NCBI GenBank assembly: GCA_965644265.1
Contig: CBFFRO010000099.1
Location: forward strand, 1-64,000
Reading direction: 5' to 3'
Length of the DNA: 64,000 nt
Source: Glycera tridactyla
Taxonomy: Eukaryota
Shown: in pieces, positions 51,857 through 64,000 of the stretch
Numbering within the stretch: position 1 is the stretch's first letter
Layout of the letters: the number at the start of each line of letters is the position of its first letter
Program-made: the position numbers and the translations under genes
Notes under the pieces: generated by a model
Database searches by the model: none
What the model saw: only the letters and a program-made list of their open reading frames with translations
What the model was told of the DNA's origin: nothing

Positions 51857-52238
51857 GACCTCCTGGACCTTCAAATCCATCATGTGGGTTAAACCCCGAA
51901 ATGTACTTGCCAGGACTGAATCTTCAAATCATTGAGCGAAAGAAAACATCACAGGAATCTGCAATGAACACTTAACCGGTGGCATGTGCTGGATTTGCTT
52001 CGTGCTGTTTTGACTCGTATTCAATTTCGTGTTTGTGTGCGTAACTTTAAGACGTAACTTTAAGACGAAATTGAATACGAGTCAAAACAGCACGAAGCAA
52101 ATCCAGCACATGCCACCGGTTAAGTGTTCATTGCAGATTCCTGTGATGTTTTCTTTCGCTCAATGATTTGAAGATTCAGTCCTGGCAAGTACATTTCGGG
52201 GTTTAACCCACATGATGGATTTGAAGGTCCAGGAGGTC
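51857..52238. repeat. 174-bp inverted repeat (arms 51857-52030 and 52065-52238, 34-nt spacer)
   Basis: Right arm is the reverse complement of the left arm with no mismatch found by eye; absent from units 1 and 2. Confidence 0.97.
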
Positions 52239-55200
52239 TGACAGAAGCTGGAGCAGTCATAGTCGGGGGGAAAGAGGTCAGCCCGTCTCATACGCAAACC
52301 AAAGGAAGCAGACATTACCAGATCTGAGATAGGAAAATGACTGATATTGGTCGATGTTGGACCACGCAAAAATTTCTGCTATTCAAGGTGGACTTGTTAG
52401 GAGCATTGATGCTGTGTAGAAACGGCCGAGAGCAAAGCAAGTGACAATGCACCTTTAGTTGGCCTAAGAGTGAATTCTTAGCCATCGCTTGTTTTCTGCA
52501 AATCCTGGTGGTGAATGATGCTTCTTGTCAAGCATGCAGTGGTCGGTAGATGATTGCATGCCTGCCAAGATACTCCAGGCATTGTCACCATGATTGGAAA
52601 AGAATTGATGTCCGGGAATTGACACTTTGGGCCTTTAGTTTTGATCTGACGTTTGCTTCATTGTGCATCTAGCATGGTTTCTGTTGATGAGTCATAGTAT
52701 TTTGTTTGTGCTGAATAGGATCCCGAGTCATGGTATCAGCCACTCATGTAACAGTGGCTGATTGTGCATGTATGGATGGTGGTGAATACTCATTCTTGGA
52801 CCGAAGCTCAAGAAATTTCATGATTCGTTCCTATCCGATCTGTTAATTTTATGATGAGGTATTCGCGAATGGGTGTACTCATATGTGTATACTTGACCAC
52901 AAAATCCTCTCTGTTTGAGCAAGTAAATTCTTGACTTGCAAGCAATCTCTAGTTTCTCTTAAGATATGCTTTGATTATCTACTTCGCTCCAGAACAGTGA
53001 TGTTTGCATATTGTTTATCTGGAAGACAGTAAGGATCCTTGATGATATCTCTTTTCGATTTGACATGCAATCAAAACAACTATATTTAGATATACATTTG
53101 TCACTGGCATCTTGGTGTTCTATTCAGCACTCACGGAAAATATACTCACTATCATATTTTTTGAAATAAAGTTGCCTTATATTTTTTGAAACTGTGCTTC
53201 AACTATGCATGTGGTACACACTTTAGTCAGATTTTGTTCCTGTATTAGCTTTATGAAAGCGCCATCTAATGGTGGGACTGAGGAGAGATTAATTATGCTG
53301 CTTGGTCTAGAGATGGCGCTAGTTGTAGTCATGAGTCCATTATTTTCACTGGTCCCCCTATGTCTGTTTTCATGCCATGTGTGTATTTCACTGCCAAAAC
53401 CCATCATCATACGTAGAACTGTACATAGACATTGTGAAGGTGTGTATACAAGTGTGAGCTTGAGCGTGAGGGTATGCGTGCAATCGTGTGTGCTTGAGCA
53501 TGTGTGTGAGTGATAGATGGATACTTGCATAATCACACTTACAGTACAGTGGCAATATGGGCCATGGCTGAATCTTGCTTTTTAAACGTGCTATAAGATC
53601 ACACCATTTATTATTGTCACTTAGGAATAACCTCTATGGAATCGTGTAAGGTTGTAAGCAGCATAGGATCTCTAGAAGAGGGAGCATATCAGCTCGGTAT
53701 GATGAAAGAAAATGCATCAAATCTGCATCAAGTTGACAGAATCGAAACCAAAGTTTACTCACTGCACAATCTGAGGGAACATCATAAGTAATAGTGGCAG
53801 ATTTTGATGGATAAAGGCAAATGACTCTCGCACTGTTTTCTCTGTCTATGTCAAAAGTGGATTTCTCTTTTTGAATGATGAGTGAGATTGGAGAAACCAA
53901 CCTGATGGAGAGAGAAGTGATAGTTTTGCAATGGGCCAGTTCAGGTGTGAAATCAACTGATCCACAAAGTGTATTAAAGAAAAATACTGGTCACAAATAT
54001 GGGACTGGAATGTCAATCACTGAAATGTGTATATTCGAACGATTACAGTGTTCATAGCAGGACAAGACAGTCGATGAATAATATGGAATGTGCAGTTGTC
54101 CATGTATTATGTGAGTGTTGTGGGATATACAAGGGTATTGTTACTTGTTCTAAATAATTCAAGTTGCAGTGAAATGTGTCTGCTTGCATCGCTGTCTTTT
54201 GATGACCTCGTGACATTCTCTGTCATGAGAGAACATAAGAGTTGACAACAGTTTCATATAACTTGCCATTGAAATTTATGACCAATTGCTAGCTGTATGT
54301 GGATTGGCGTGTACAAGTAAATGTCTGGTTAGGCGAAACAATTATCCTGATTATTTATTAATGTTTTTTTGTTTCTCCTAATGATATCAAAATCGTAATT
54401 CAGTTCACTGTTGCATCACCATGGAAAGATGACATTTCAAGAAATTGATGATGACAAATAGATGAACAGATAAATGCATATAGAAATAGATAAATCGAAG
54501 GACAGTTTGATGAAGATAGTGAGAAATTGTTTGTTTGGGATTTTTTTGTATCATTGATTACATGAAATGGACCTGTGAGATGGCAAAACTTCTCCCTTTT
54601 GGTAACCCACTGAGGAATTATGGCAACATACATCCATGGCTGGGACCATGTCTGATTTCGAATGATAACAATTGAAATGTGAAATAATAATTGCGCAACA
54701 GGTCACAACTGGATGGATTTTTTGAGATCCAATTGAGTCTTCCTGACGGCTTTTAGATTAGGGGCATGGTGGCTGTCAACCACTTGCTTCATGTGTCCAC
54801 CTGTTTTGTGTCCTCAGGTGCCATCTGGCTGGATGTTTCAGAACAGATGATTTTTAAGAATATGTGGCATCATATTCAGAATGTAGCTTCAATTTATCAA
54901 CATTTCCGCTTTCTGATTGTTCAGTTGCTTTATTTGCCTTCGCATTCACATCATCTGATGTCAGGTGAATGTTTTTCTTTGTTATCTTCAGTCTGTTCAT
55001 TTAATGATTTGCACATTATATTATCAGTATTTTGTTTTTCATGAACAAAGGTGCTTGTATGCCTGGCCCATGTCAGTTTATATTTGAGTAAATATGAGTT
55101 TGTACTGTTATTTGTAGAATTTGTATTATACCAGTCTGTTGTTCAGCCGGAACCACTTCATGACTCCATGTCATGCATTTGAACAGAGAAGAATCAGGCA

Positions 55201-55957
55201 TGGTTGCTCGGATCACTGCTATTTTAACCAATGATGCTGACAGATTTTCTGTTTCCCTACTCTCTTGTGTTCAGGGTCTCTGCAAGTGACAATGCCGAGA
55301 CCCCCAGTAGGTCTGGAAGGCATGGCATACATAACCATCAGCTTGATTCATGCCATTAAACTCTAACAAACCAACCAACGGTATCTTATCACAATACAAA
55401 GGATATTCTCTTTGGGTAGAATGCAATCAAGACGGAGAAGGTCTCAGTAGAACATCTGTAATGCACGACCACAAGGTATAATGCCAGAATTTGAATTTCA
55501 TGACAAAGATTGCTTGGTAGCTAGTCAGTATAAGAGGACAATCAGAAACCAGTCAGCACTTTCGTGTCAATTTCTGCAGGATAAGCCAACTTACCTCATA
55601 TTCATATTACGTTTACTGTCCAAAATTATCAATATAATCAGAGAGAGCAAATCATGATCATCGATACTGTCCTATGTACAAGTTAAGGGTATACAGTGGG
55701 TTATTTGGGTATGGCAGCAGAGTTCTGGTGGCCATCTTTGTGTAGTATACCATTAAAGTGTGTTGCTTTGTTCTGAGTCAATGCTGCCATCATCCGGCAG
55801 TCGTCTTTTTTGGTGGCTTGTGTGTACCATACTAGTCATCTCACTATATTATGAGAGTCATGTATAAAAAAGGAACTGAATCTGTTTATTTTGATATCTG
55901 TATGTTAAATGTTGAATGTTTTACTATGATGGAAAGATGTCATTATTCAGATTTGTC

Positions 55958-55963
55958 AATAAA
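55958..55963 (+). promoter_or_regulatory. Distal polyadenylation signal, copy 3
   Basis: AATAAA at the position homologous to 32805. Confidence 0.5.
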
Positions 55964-58028
55964 AGATGTTTGTCCGACCAGTGTCTCTGGTTAGACTGTA
56001 TGAACATGGCTGCTTATTATAGTATCTTTGGTGTGGTTGGTGCATCGGAGTGAGCTGAGTGTGTGTGTGTGTGTGTGTGTTTGTGTGTGTGTGTGCATGT
56101 ATTCATGAGTGAGTATATGTCTGAGTCCAAGTGTGTGTACAGTTTGTGTCTTGCAGCTAGTGACGAGCCATTGTATCATGTTCACTTTGTTTATGGGGAC
56201 ATCTTGACTCTTGGAGTGTTGTCTGAATCGTCATCGGATTGGAACACTGCTAATTATTGTTTCACTTGACGACTGTTAAACCCAGTAAAGTCAGACCATA
56301 TGGAATGCAATATCACCTACTATCAGCATCAAATATGCAGCCACAAAAAAGCATGTTTGTAATGGGCGCCCTCTAATGTTTAAGCCACCAATCCCACAAT
56401 GTTGTGAAGAATCTAGACCTCGGATTGGGATGATTATTCCCTGTGATTCTGACAGGTCAGTACAGGAGAGATGGTCAGTAAAAAAAGTGTCCAACATAGC
56501 CCATGCTAGTTGCGCAAAAACAGCATGGTAACAGTATATGTAGTCACTATATCACTCCAGTATGATTACTATGGTTTCAAGATTTAGTGCAATCATCATA
56601 GTTTCCAGTCATTGCAATAATAATCATTGCCTTGGTATGGTTTGAATACTATGGTAGTAACCATCACATGAGTTAATCAAACATGGTTTTCCAATATCTG
56701 GAGGATAATCTTGTTGAGCTGGCTATGATAATATAGTGCTAGTTTTGGGTAACAAGATGTATTGATGATAAGGATTGTTGGCCGTAGGTGATGTTTCAAT
56801 CAATCTGTGGTTTCAGTTTGCTGGGTTTATTGATGTCTTAATTTACCATAGACACTTCTAGGGTGAGCCGTGTAATGTGGGAATCTTGATGAGTGCTTGA
56901 GTCACAGAGTATGAGCTTGATTAGGATAGCTGTATTTATTCTTGCAAAGTGAGTCTTTGCGAGTGGTGCATCCACCCGCACTTAATCCGATGCTTTCACT
57001 TGTTGAAAATAAAATTTGTTCTTACTCCATATTGTGTGCAAGTGTGGAACAGATATGTGGCTTTTGAATATAAATATATATGACAGCTAGTGCGTGGGTG
57101 TGTGGAGTGAAGAACATTGCAGTCATAATGATGTCTATGTATTTGGCTGTATACTGAGAGTACATTGCTTGTGGCCCATTCTTTTTCGCTGAACGCTGGT
57201 CTGATTGCAAGACAACAGACCATATCAAGCACCTTGTTATGATACCATTGCATGCATGTGCATGTAAGAGAGAGCCAGCCACTGTCCTCAAGAAATGTGT
57301 ACACATACTTATCATCTAGGGAATACTGTATTTTGATTCAAATCGGCTTGAGTGTGTTTTTCACCTTCCTCCTCTTCTGTGCGATGTTTCGTTCACCAAC
57401 TTACAAAATCGAGCATGGATTGAAGGTGTATTTCATTTGTCTTCTCAATCCATGTAATGCCACACTAAAATCTTTAACCCAAATTATGTTTATCATATTT
57501 GTGATAATTTTTACCGTGTCCTCTTTCTCCTGAATCCCATTTTGATGCTTTGTTAATCAATGTTGGGAGGCAGATCTGCTTGTGAGCGACTAGTGGATAG
57601 CTTTTGATAGTCAATGGTGGTGTACATGTTGTCCGATGCACAGTTGGATTTGGTTGCCCTCTTCACTGTTGAAGATGAATGTATCAGAGGTAATACACTG
57701 ATTATTAGATTGAGAATGATGCCTGTAGAGCATCCAGCTTTCATAGAACACTGAGCATACATAATCCTTCATGTTGATACAAGCCATTAATCCCCTAACC
57801 AAACAAGGGTCAGAATGAGAAAGGGATAATGCTTTGCAAGAGCTTTGGTGCCATCTCTAGCCGTTTGGAAGTCTCAAACATTGTCTGTTTAATCATCCTC
57901 TGTGCTGTGAGCATCATTCCATAAAAGTTTGAAGCCAGATAGTCTAATAATTGAGTTTGGTCCATAAGAGCATATGATTTTAATGCAGTGACACTGCTTC
58001 CTCGGTTTCGATTTCAAAGCAATGGAAA

Positions 58029-61000
58029 GCTGGACATTAATTCTGACTATCTTAATGAGTGAAGACAAGTGGAAATAAGCCTTTGGATTTGAAAGCAATG
58101 GAAAGCTGGACATTAATTCTGATTATCAATATAAGAGAAGACAAGTGGGAATAAGCCATATGGTTTTTAGAGCAATGAATAACTAGACGTAATTCTGACC
58201 ATGTTAATGAGAGAATACAAGTGGTCAGCCTACTCTTGCTGACGCTAATTGGCAAGAGGTTTCACATCATGGCCTCCTAGTAATTGTGTTGACTGTTGGT
58301 GAAAATCAGCCATGCAAGAGAATCATTTCAAAATCAGCCATGGAAGAGAATCATTACTTTTGGATGGGTGAGTCGCAATAGGTTCGATATTGGTGTAATT
58401 CCATATCTTTCAATTCTTATTCTAGTTATCAATATTCACCTCTATCCTTACATTTGATTGTGTGATTGTTTTGGAACTGGTTGTTGGGCATTTGGTGCAT
58501 CAGCTAATACACTGACTTCCTTTAAGCTGCGGATGATGTGGATCAAGCCTTGGCATCATTATTCCACTAAATATTTGGTGTGGGGCAGGTTACGGGTCGT
58601 TGCTAGCCGACAATGCACCATTTGTGGCCCCAAACCAATTGCATCCTTGGATGGCATAAGCCATAGTCATCTCCCTTCAGTGATTTGCCACTCAGACACA
58701 CCACCTTGGTGAGGACCTCAGCCATCTCAAATTCATTATCAGTATTGCAAATATTTTTGTTCAACTTATTGCTTATGGGTATATCTGTTTTGATAAGATA
58801 GTGACACTGCTCATCCGAGTTAACAACTGACATTCAAGTTGCTATAATACTCATATGATTATTTATTGATGAACAGGTGCCATTGTATCTCATTCCCAAT
58901 ACTCGTCATCATTAGTTGGCTTGATGTGTATTTGGTGGCATTCACTGATGGCATCACCTTCACCTGCATGCCCATCAACCGCCTGATGCCCAGCATCCCA
59001 TTCATCCTTTGCTGGATGAACTATCTCTATCATGATCCTATGGGGGATAGTATCCACATTTGCCACCACCCGGTCATCGCATCAGTTTGTGTCTGCACCA
59101 TCGATGTGCCTGTGACAACTAGAATAGCTGCACCATCTGATGTGCCAACTGGTATAACCAGGAATTGGAATCTTTCTAATCGTTCTATTGCAAACACTGT
59201 CAAATCTTCTGTTGTCACTCATCTTTGATCCGATGATCCCTGGTTCAATTAGGGTACTAGCATGAACAGCAAGCATTTTGATCTGTATATCATTTCACCG
59301 TTCTTTGGGGAACAAAGAGCACTCGTGAATGATGGCACCCATTCCCATTGAATGGGCATCTCGATGTAGCCCAGATGGTGCTCACAAGATGTTAAACCAC
59401 CAATTGACCACCAATCTTCAAAATTGTAATCATCACTGCACTTTCATCATATTTTAGTATCACTGGAAACGTTGGGATTGATGAAGTTTACTTCTTGCTT
59501 CATATCGAAGGTTGACAGGCAAATGTGGAAGCTTCATGCCATAGGATTATAGAGTGAGGTGAACTTCTTTCAGCAATGAATCGAATCACGAACCATCTTG
59601 TCATCATGGTTTATGTTACAGTTGAACACATTTTTTGAGTTTCACATAAGTTTGTAATGAATCCTCCTGTCCTTCCAAGAGAAGGACTTTGATTAAAGCT
59701 TTCCTCGTTATTTTGTATGCCACTGATGTATGTTGAATAAAATTTCATGTATCAAAATAGGCAGTGTATGTCTTTCTTGTTCTCTTCCAAGGTATCAGTG
59801 TGTGGAATGACATGTTGGGAATTGTATAAGCATCATATTCCTTTTTTTCTTCTGGCAATCAGGCCTGATCACAATGATTGCACTGGATGAATTTAGTAGT
59901 ATAATTTCAACAACCAATGGGGACCCAGATGGAAAAGTCTTGAATGATCCAAATCCATACCTTTTGCATGGGCATCAAAAACCTTATCCTATGAATTTAA
60001 TTCAAGGCCGAATTTTGAAGTTTCTCGAATAATTCTCTTCGGAGGACCAGTAGAGATCTGAATAAGGTACATTGGGAGCCATGTGATATTCTTTACAAAC
60101 AGATTCCAATAGCCCTTGCTGCTTGATTGACAGCAGCATGCATTCTCTTGCAAAACGTTAACAATTGTTAGCTGCAACTGGACACCCTGCTGCATTTGGG
60201 GCCATTGGACTTGAGTCCATATTAGAATGGAACAAACATCCAAGGGACTGCAGCATTAAGCACACATGACACTGGATCAGTGCCCTCCTATACAGCCAAT
60301 TTCTGAGCCTACGAAGAACTATAGAATCAAATTTCATATAACATCGCAGTATGATGATGATATATCTGGAAGAATAGGGATACGAACAAGAAACGCTAGA
60401 GCTGGCTCCCAAACCAAGTTTCCAAGACATTCAGGGAAAACCTGCTGATGAAGATGCCTTGCAGATGCCGTGGCAGCCTAAAACAGGAACAGAAACCAAG
60501 ATTGCCTATCCTCGTAATACATGGACTGGTTATACCAAATGTGACAAAGGCTAAATTAAAGAAACAGGACAACTACAGAATTCACCACGATGAAAGATGA
60601 ATACACAACATTATAGAAGATAGAGAGGATGGAACTGAATCTACTAACTCATGAGTATTCCCTTGAGTTGAATAAAATGGGAAAATAAGACATATTCACC
60701 CTTTGAGGCTGGACATTAATTCTGACTATCTTAATGAGTGAAGACAAGTGGAAGCCTTTGGATTTGAAAGCAATGGAAAGCTGGACATCAATTTCTGATT
60801 ATCAATATAAGCGAAGACAAGTGGGAATAAGCCATGTGGTTTTTGGAGCAATGAATAACTGGACGTAATTCTGACCATGTTGATGAGAGAATACAAGTGG
60901 TCAGCCTACTCTTGCTGACCCTAATTGGCAAGCGGTTTCACATCATGGCCTCCTAGTAATTGTGTTGACTGTTGGTTAAAATCAGCCATGCAAGAGAATC

Positions 61001-64000
61001 ATTTTAAAATCAGCCATGGAAGAGAATCATTACTTTTGGATGAGTGAGACGCAATAGGTTTGATATTGGTGTAATTCCATATCTTTCAATTCTTGTTCTA
61101 GTTATCAATATTCACCTCTATCCTTACATTTGATCGTGTGATTGTTTTGGAACTGGTTGTTGGGCATTTGGTGCATCAGCTAATACACTGACTTCCTTCA
61201 AGCAGCGGATGATGTTTATCAAGCCTTGGCATCATCATTCCACTAAATATTTGGTGCGGGGCAGGTGATGGGTCGTTGCTATTCGACAATGCACCATTTG
61301 TGGCCCCATACCAATTGCATCCTTGGATGGTATAAGCCATAGTCATTTCCCTTCAGTGATTTGCCACTCAGACACACCACCTTGGTGAGGACCTCAGCCA
61401 TCTCAAATTCATTATCAGTATTGCAAATATTTTTGTTCAACTTATTGCATATGGGTATATCTGTTTTGACAAGATAGTGACACTGCTCATCCCAGTTAAC
61501 AACTAACATTTAAGTTGCTATGATACTCATATGATTATTTATTGATGAACTGGTGCCATTGTATCTCATTCCCAATACTCGTCATCATCAGTTGGCTTGA
61601 TGTGTATTTGGTGGCATTCACTGATGGCATCACCTTCACCTGCATGCCCATCAACCGCCTGATGCCCAGCATCCCATTCATCCTTTGCTGGATGAACTAT
61701 CTCTATCATAATCCTATGGGGGATAGTATCCTCATTTGCCACCACCCAGTCATCGCATCAGTTTGTGACTGCACCATCGATGTGCCTGTGACAACTAGAA
61801 TAGCTGCACCATCTGATGTGCCAACTGGTATAACCAGGAATTGGAATCTTTCTAATCATTCTATTGCAAACACTGTCAAATCTTCTGTTGTCACTCATCT
61901 TTGATCCGATGATCCCTGGTTCAATTAGGGTACTAGCATGAACAGCAAGCATTTTGATCTGTATATCATTTCACCGTTCTTTGGGGAACAAAGAGCACTC
62001 GTGAATGATGGCACCCATTCCCATTGAATGGGCATCTCGATGTAGCCCAGATGGTGCTCACAAGATGTTAAACCACTAATTGACCACCAATCTTCAAAAT
62101 TGTAATCATCACTGCACTTTCATCATATTTTAGTATCACTGGAAATGTTGGGATTGATGAAGTTTACTTCTTGCTTCATATCGAAGGTTGACAGGCAAAT
62201 GTGGAAGCTTCATGCCATAGGATTATAGAGTGAGGTGAACTTCTTTCAGCAATGAATCGAATCACGAACCATCTTGTCAGCAGGGTTTATGTTACAGTTG
62301 AACACATTTTTTGAGTTTCACATAAGTTTGTAATGAATCCTCCTGTCCTTCCAAGAGAAGGACTTTGATTAAAGCTTTCCTCGTTATTTTGTATGCCACT
62401 GATGTATGTTGAATAAAATTTCATGTATCAAAATAGGCAGTGTATGTCTTTCTTGTTCTCTTCCAAGGTATCAGTGTGTGGAATGACATGTTGGGAATTG
62501 TATAAGCATCATATTCCTTTTTTTCTTCTGGCAATCAGGCCTGATCACAATGATTGCACTGGATGAATTTAGTAGTATAATTTCAACAACCAATGGGGAC
62601 CCAGATGGAAAAGTCTTGAATGATCCAAATCCATACCTTTTGCATGGGCATCAAAAACCTTATCCTATGAATTTAATTCAAGGCCGAATTTTGAAGTTTC
62701 TCGAATAATTCTCTTCGGAGGACCAGTAGAGATCTGAATAAGGTACATTGGGAGCCATGTGATATTCTTTACAAACAGATTCCAATAGCCCTTGCTGCTT
62801 GATTGACAGCAGCATGCATTCTCTTGCAAAACGTTAACAATTGTTAGCTGCAACTGGACACCCTGCTGCATTTGGGGCCATTGGACTTGAGTCCATATTA
62901 GAATGGAACAAACATCCAAGGGACTGCAGCATCAAGCACACATGACACTGGATCAGTGCCCTCCTATACAGCCAATTTCTGAGCCTACGAAGAACTATAG
63001 AATCAAATTTCATATAACATCGCAGTATGATGATGATATATCTGGAAGAATAGGGATACGAACAAGAAACGCTAGAGCTGGCTCCCAAACCAAGTTTCCA
63101 AGACATTCAGGGAAAACCTGCTGATGAAGATGCCTTGCAGATGCCGTGGCAGCCTAAAACAGGAACAGAAACCAAGATTGCCTATCCTCGTAATACATGG
63201 ACTGGTTATACCAAATGTGACAAAGGCTAAATTAAAGAAACAGGACAACTACAGAATTCACCACGATGAAAGATGAATACACAACATTATAGAAGATAGA
63301 GAGGATGGAACTGAATCTACTAACTCATGAGTATTCCCTTGAGTTGAATAAAATGGGAAAATAAGACATATTCACCCTTTGAGGCTGGACATTAATTCTG
63401 ACTATCTTAATGAGTGAAGACAAGTGGAAGCCTTTGGATTTGAAAGCAATGGAAAGCTGGACATCAATTTCTGATTATCAATATAAGCGAAGACAAGTGG
63501 GAATAAGCCATGTGGTTTTTGGAGCAATGAATAACTGGACGTAATTCTGACCATGTTGATGAGAGAATACAAGTGGTCAGCCTACTCTTGCTGACCCTAA
63601 TTGGCAAGCGGTTTCACATCATGGCCTCCTAGTAATTGTGTTGACTGTTGGTTAAAATCAGCCATGCAAGAGAATCATTTTAAAATCAGCCATGGAAGAG
63701 AATCATTACTTTTGGATGAGTGAGACGCAATAGGTTTGATATTGGTGTAATTCCATATCTTTCAATTCTTGTTCTAGTTATCAATATTCACCTCTATCCT
63801 TACATTTGATCGTGTGATTGTTTTGGAACTGGTTGTTGGGCATTTGGTGCATCAGCTAATACACTGACTTCCTTCAAGCAGCGGATGATGTTTATCAAGC
63901 CTTGGCATCATCATTCCACTAAATATTTGGTGCGGGGCAGGTGATGGGTCGTTGCTACTCGACAATGCACCATTTGTGGCCCCATACCAATTGCATCCTT
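58029..64000 (+). repeat. 2,676-bp tandem array: A 58029-60707, B 60708-63383, C 63384 to window end (partial)
   Basis: Constant 2,676-bp offset between homologous ORFs (58866/61542, 60158/62834) and junctions (60708/63384). Confidence 0.97.

Larger units (their letters stand above)
50656..60707 (+). repeat. Tandem segmental unit 3 (continues into the 2,676-bp array)
   Basis: Colinear with units 1 and 2 up to CATATTCACCCTTTG (60705). Confidence 0.95.

Noticed and set aside
60095-60150. Minus-strand HAAVNQAARAIG, resembling the XPD/RTEL1 helicase motif AVNQAIGR
   Set aside because: Only a 5-residue match, no other helicase motifs, and disrupted in unit 1
1-64000. tRNA, rRNA or other structured ncRNA genes
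   Set aside because: None recognisable by eye; a tRNAscan-SE or Infernal scan would be needed to exclude them

Overview
Eukaryotic, AT-rich, intron-rich animal (invertebrate-like) genomic DNA with two sized N gaps; no prokaryotic features. The window holds the 3' end of an L1CAM-family (neuroglian/NrCAM-like) cell-adhesion gene on the + strand: a transmembrane exon (~5939-6064), a juxtamembrane exon (7522-7609) and a terminal exon with the FIGQY ankyrin-binding motif and a C-terminal STFV PDZ ligand (28215-28437). The 20.6-kb last intron holds three frame-preserving candidate cassette exons (54, 15 and 21 nt), two of which encode YxxL motifs (YMPL, YMEL), plus a candidate alternative last exon ending in SYV. 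From ~27.7 kb to the window end, the terminal exon and its 3'UTR are triplicated as ~11.4-11.6-kb tandem units whose junctions lie inside a MITE. Copy 3 carries a 174-bp perfect inverted repeat in the 3'UTR and runs into a nested 2,676-bp tandem array. The rest is MITEs, a LINE remnant and simple repeats. All exon and isoform calls come from sequence signals only and need RNA evidence.
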